NCBI RefSeq assembly: GCF_964355755.1
Contig: NC_092671.1
Location: 40,620,304 to 40,684,303 of the forward strand
DNA length: 64,000 nucleotides
Origin: Antedon mediterranea
Lineage: Eukaryota; Animalia; Echinodermata
Reading direction: 5' to 3'
Part shown: positions 62,228 through 64,000 of the stretch, piece after piece
Layout of the letters: every line of letters begins with the position of its first letter
Numbering within the stretch: the first letter of the stretch is position 1
Program-made: the position numbers and the translations under genes
The notes under the pieces: generated by a model
Seen by the model: the letters and a program-made list of their open reading frames with translations, nothing else
Databases searched by the model: none
What the model was told of the DNA's origin: nothing

Positions 62228-63541
62228 CTAGAGGGTGAGCTCGCTTCGCTCGCTCCCCCTCTAGGAAGTGTAGACGATGGTTCTCGGAATGATAATGTTC
62301 TCCTTATACGTTTTCTGTCGGTTACCATTATTGAAAATGCTTGACATTCGTAAAACTAAACTACTTTGTATCACAGTGTTTAAGATGATTAATAACATTT
62401 TAAAGTATAGTTTTTATTGTTTGGTAGGGCCCTTTGGAGAGGCGGAGGTCATTTGAGGGAGGTGCTTATTCGAGGGATATATGTTAAATTTTTTAGTTTT
62501 AATAATATGGTAACATTTATAATCAAATGAAATCCTCTAATAGATATGAAAAGTGCTAAAGAAGAATAACAAATGCTTGGTAAATTGTAGATAACAGTGC
62601 GGTGAATTCTACTACAAATAGTATAATTGTGTTATTATAAATATGTGGATGGACGTTTATTAGATAGTTGGGTTGGGGGGGGGGGGGTTATTATTCAAAG
62701 TGATGTTTTATTGGAGAGGCATTTATTCAAATGAATACCATCCTAACAATTATTAATACATTATTTAATTTAATCATCTTTTGAAACTAACTGCCGTGAC
62801 AGAGTGGGCCCAAGAAAGAAGACATTACGGCTTGCAACATGGGCAGACATCTTGGTCCTAATGGGACACAGGAAGATAGCCTACAGTTATTCCTGCAAGC
62901 TTACTCAATAAAACTCAGCTATCGGGATTTCACTCGAAAAATGTCTTATCATCAAATCTCCCTATGTAATTTTATAATACTATTCCCCACAATATATTCT
63001 GATTCTTTATGGCGTATATTTAATTTGATCTTTATTAATTTGCAGTATAATTCCTATTATTTAACTACTGTACCTTCACACACGCGCGGTATCTATATAT
63101 AAATTATGGTTAATTCTGACATATTTTTCGTCTTCCAAAGGGACACTGTATTGATTGATGGAAAGTGCCTGTTTCCAGTCACCTTTAGGGTCAAATCTAT
63201 TATTTTAACTGCTCCCTTGTGTATAAAAGAGAGAAAATATTTGAAACCAGGTTGTTGCAAGGTGAACTTATCTTAAACCCGGAAATTACTTTGACCGGGA
63301 AGAATTGAAATTGAAATGAAAAACAAATGTTGAAATCATAAATTTTGATAAAAAACTCTTTATAATATCTTCCTAAGATAGAAATATGGAACAATAGCGT
63401 CGGCGTGAACACTAATGTTATCAAATCTACGTTTCGCGGTACATCTCAGATAGATAAGGTAGGTATCCAAGGCGGAGATTTGTACCAAAGTTTTTGCATT
63501 GTGCTCGCCTATGTCAGAATTAACCATAATTTATATATAGA
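62228..63541 (-). mobile_element. Full-length non-autonomous Helitron, 1314 bp
   Basis: Minus strand A|TCTATATATA...GAGGGGGAGCGAGCGAAGCGAGCTCACCCT-CTAG|T: TC start, subterminal GC hairpin, CTAG end, A|T target, no TSD. Confidence 0.85.
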
Positions 63542-64000
63542 TGAGTATACAGTACTTTCCTTTACGACGCCTGAGGGAATAGACACTTGTGGAACGACAC
63601 AGAGATTGGAATGTTCCATTCATCGCAAATCAATACATTTGTATAAACGTATATTAAATCTATCAAAATAGTATTTTTTAAAGAAAATCGGCCTGTCTTC
63701 AACATTATGATACTGTACTCGAGCTGTTCAACCGGTTTTCAGCTATTAAAAACAATTATCCTAGGAGAAGATAGGAAAATGCGAAGTATCCTCGTATTAT
63801 TGTGTGCAGGTATTTTTCATGAGGACATCCATTAGACAGTGTATACCACGATCGAAAAAAACCCCTATTTGGGAAAAATCGTTGAACCTAAATTCGTTTT
63901 AATTGTCAATAAGTAATTATCTAACTAAATTTAATTAGTACACAGGGTTACATCAGGTGGTTAAAATCAGTACCGAGATTCTAACCAACTTTATATACCA

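Overview
AT-rich, intron-containing animal genomic DNA. A marine invertebrate, possibly an echinoderm, is a guess from style only. Four spliced host genes can be reconstructed by hand: Bak (+, 11945-14027), a divergent Rab5 paralogue (+, 19984-22309), EFHB/CFAP21 (-, 25611-53965) and canonical Rab5 (+, 56699-59972). EFHB intron 1 holds an intact Ty3/Gypsy (Mag-like) LTR retrotransposon. Its 3' LTR is split by a second, very young non-autonomous LTR element that has no pol and only a decayed gag, but keeps one intact 409-aa ORF apparently expressed by splicing from an ATG|GTGAGT donor in its own LTR. The rest is many minisatellite arrays (including a ~6 kb fold-back), MITEs, two Helitron copies, LINE remnants, tRNA-like cassettes and degenerate hammerhead-like motifs. 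Best leads: the nested LTR element with its spliced accessory ORF, the Rab5 paralogue with DTAGQ->DTAGS and a CCCCCCILL tail, and exon-boundary tandem duplications that create in-frame candidate micro-exons in Bak and the Rab5 paralogue. All exon structures are manual inferences without transcript data.
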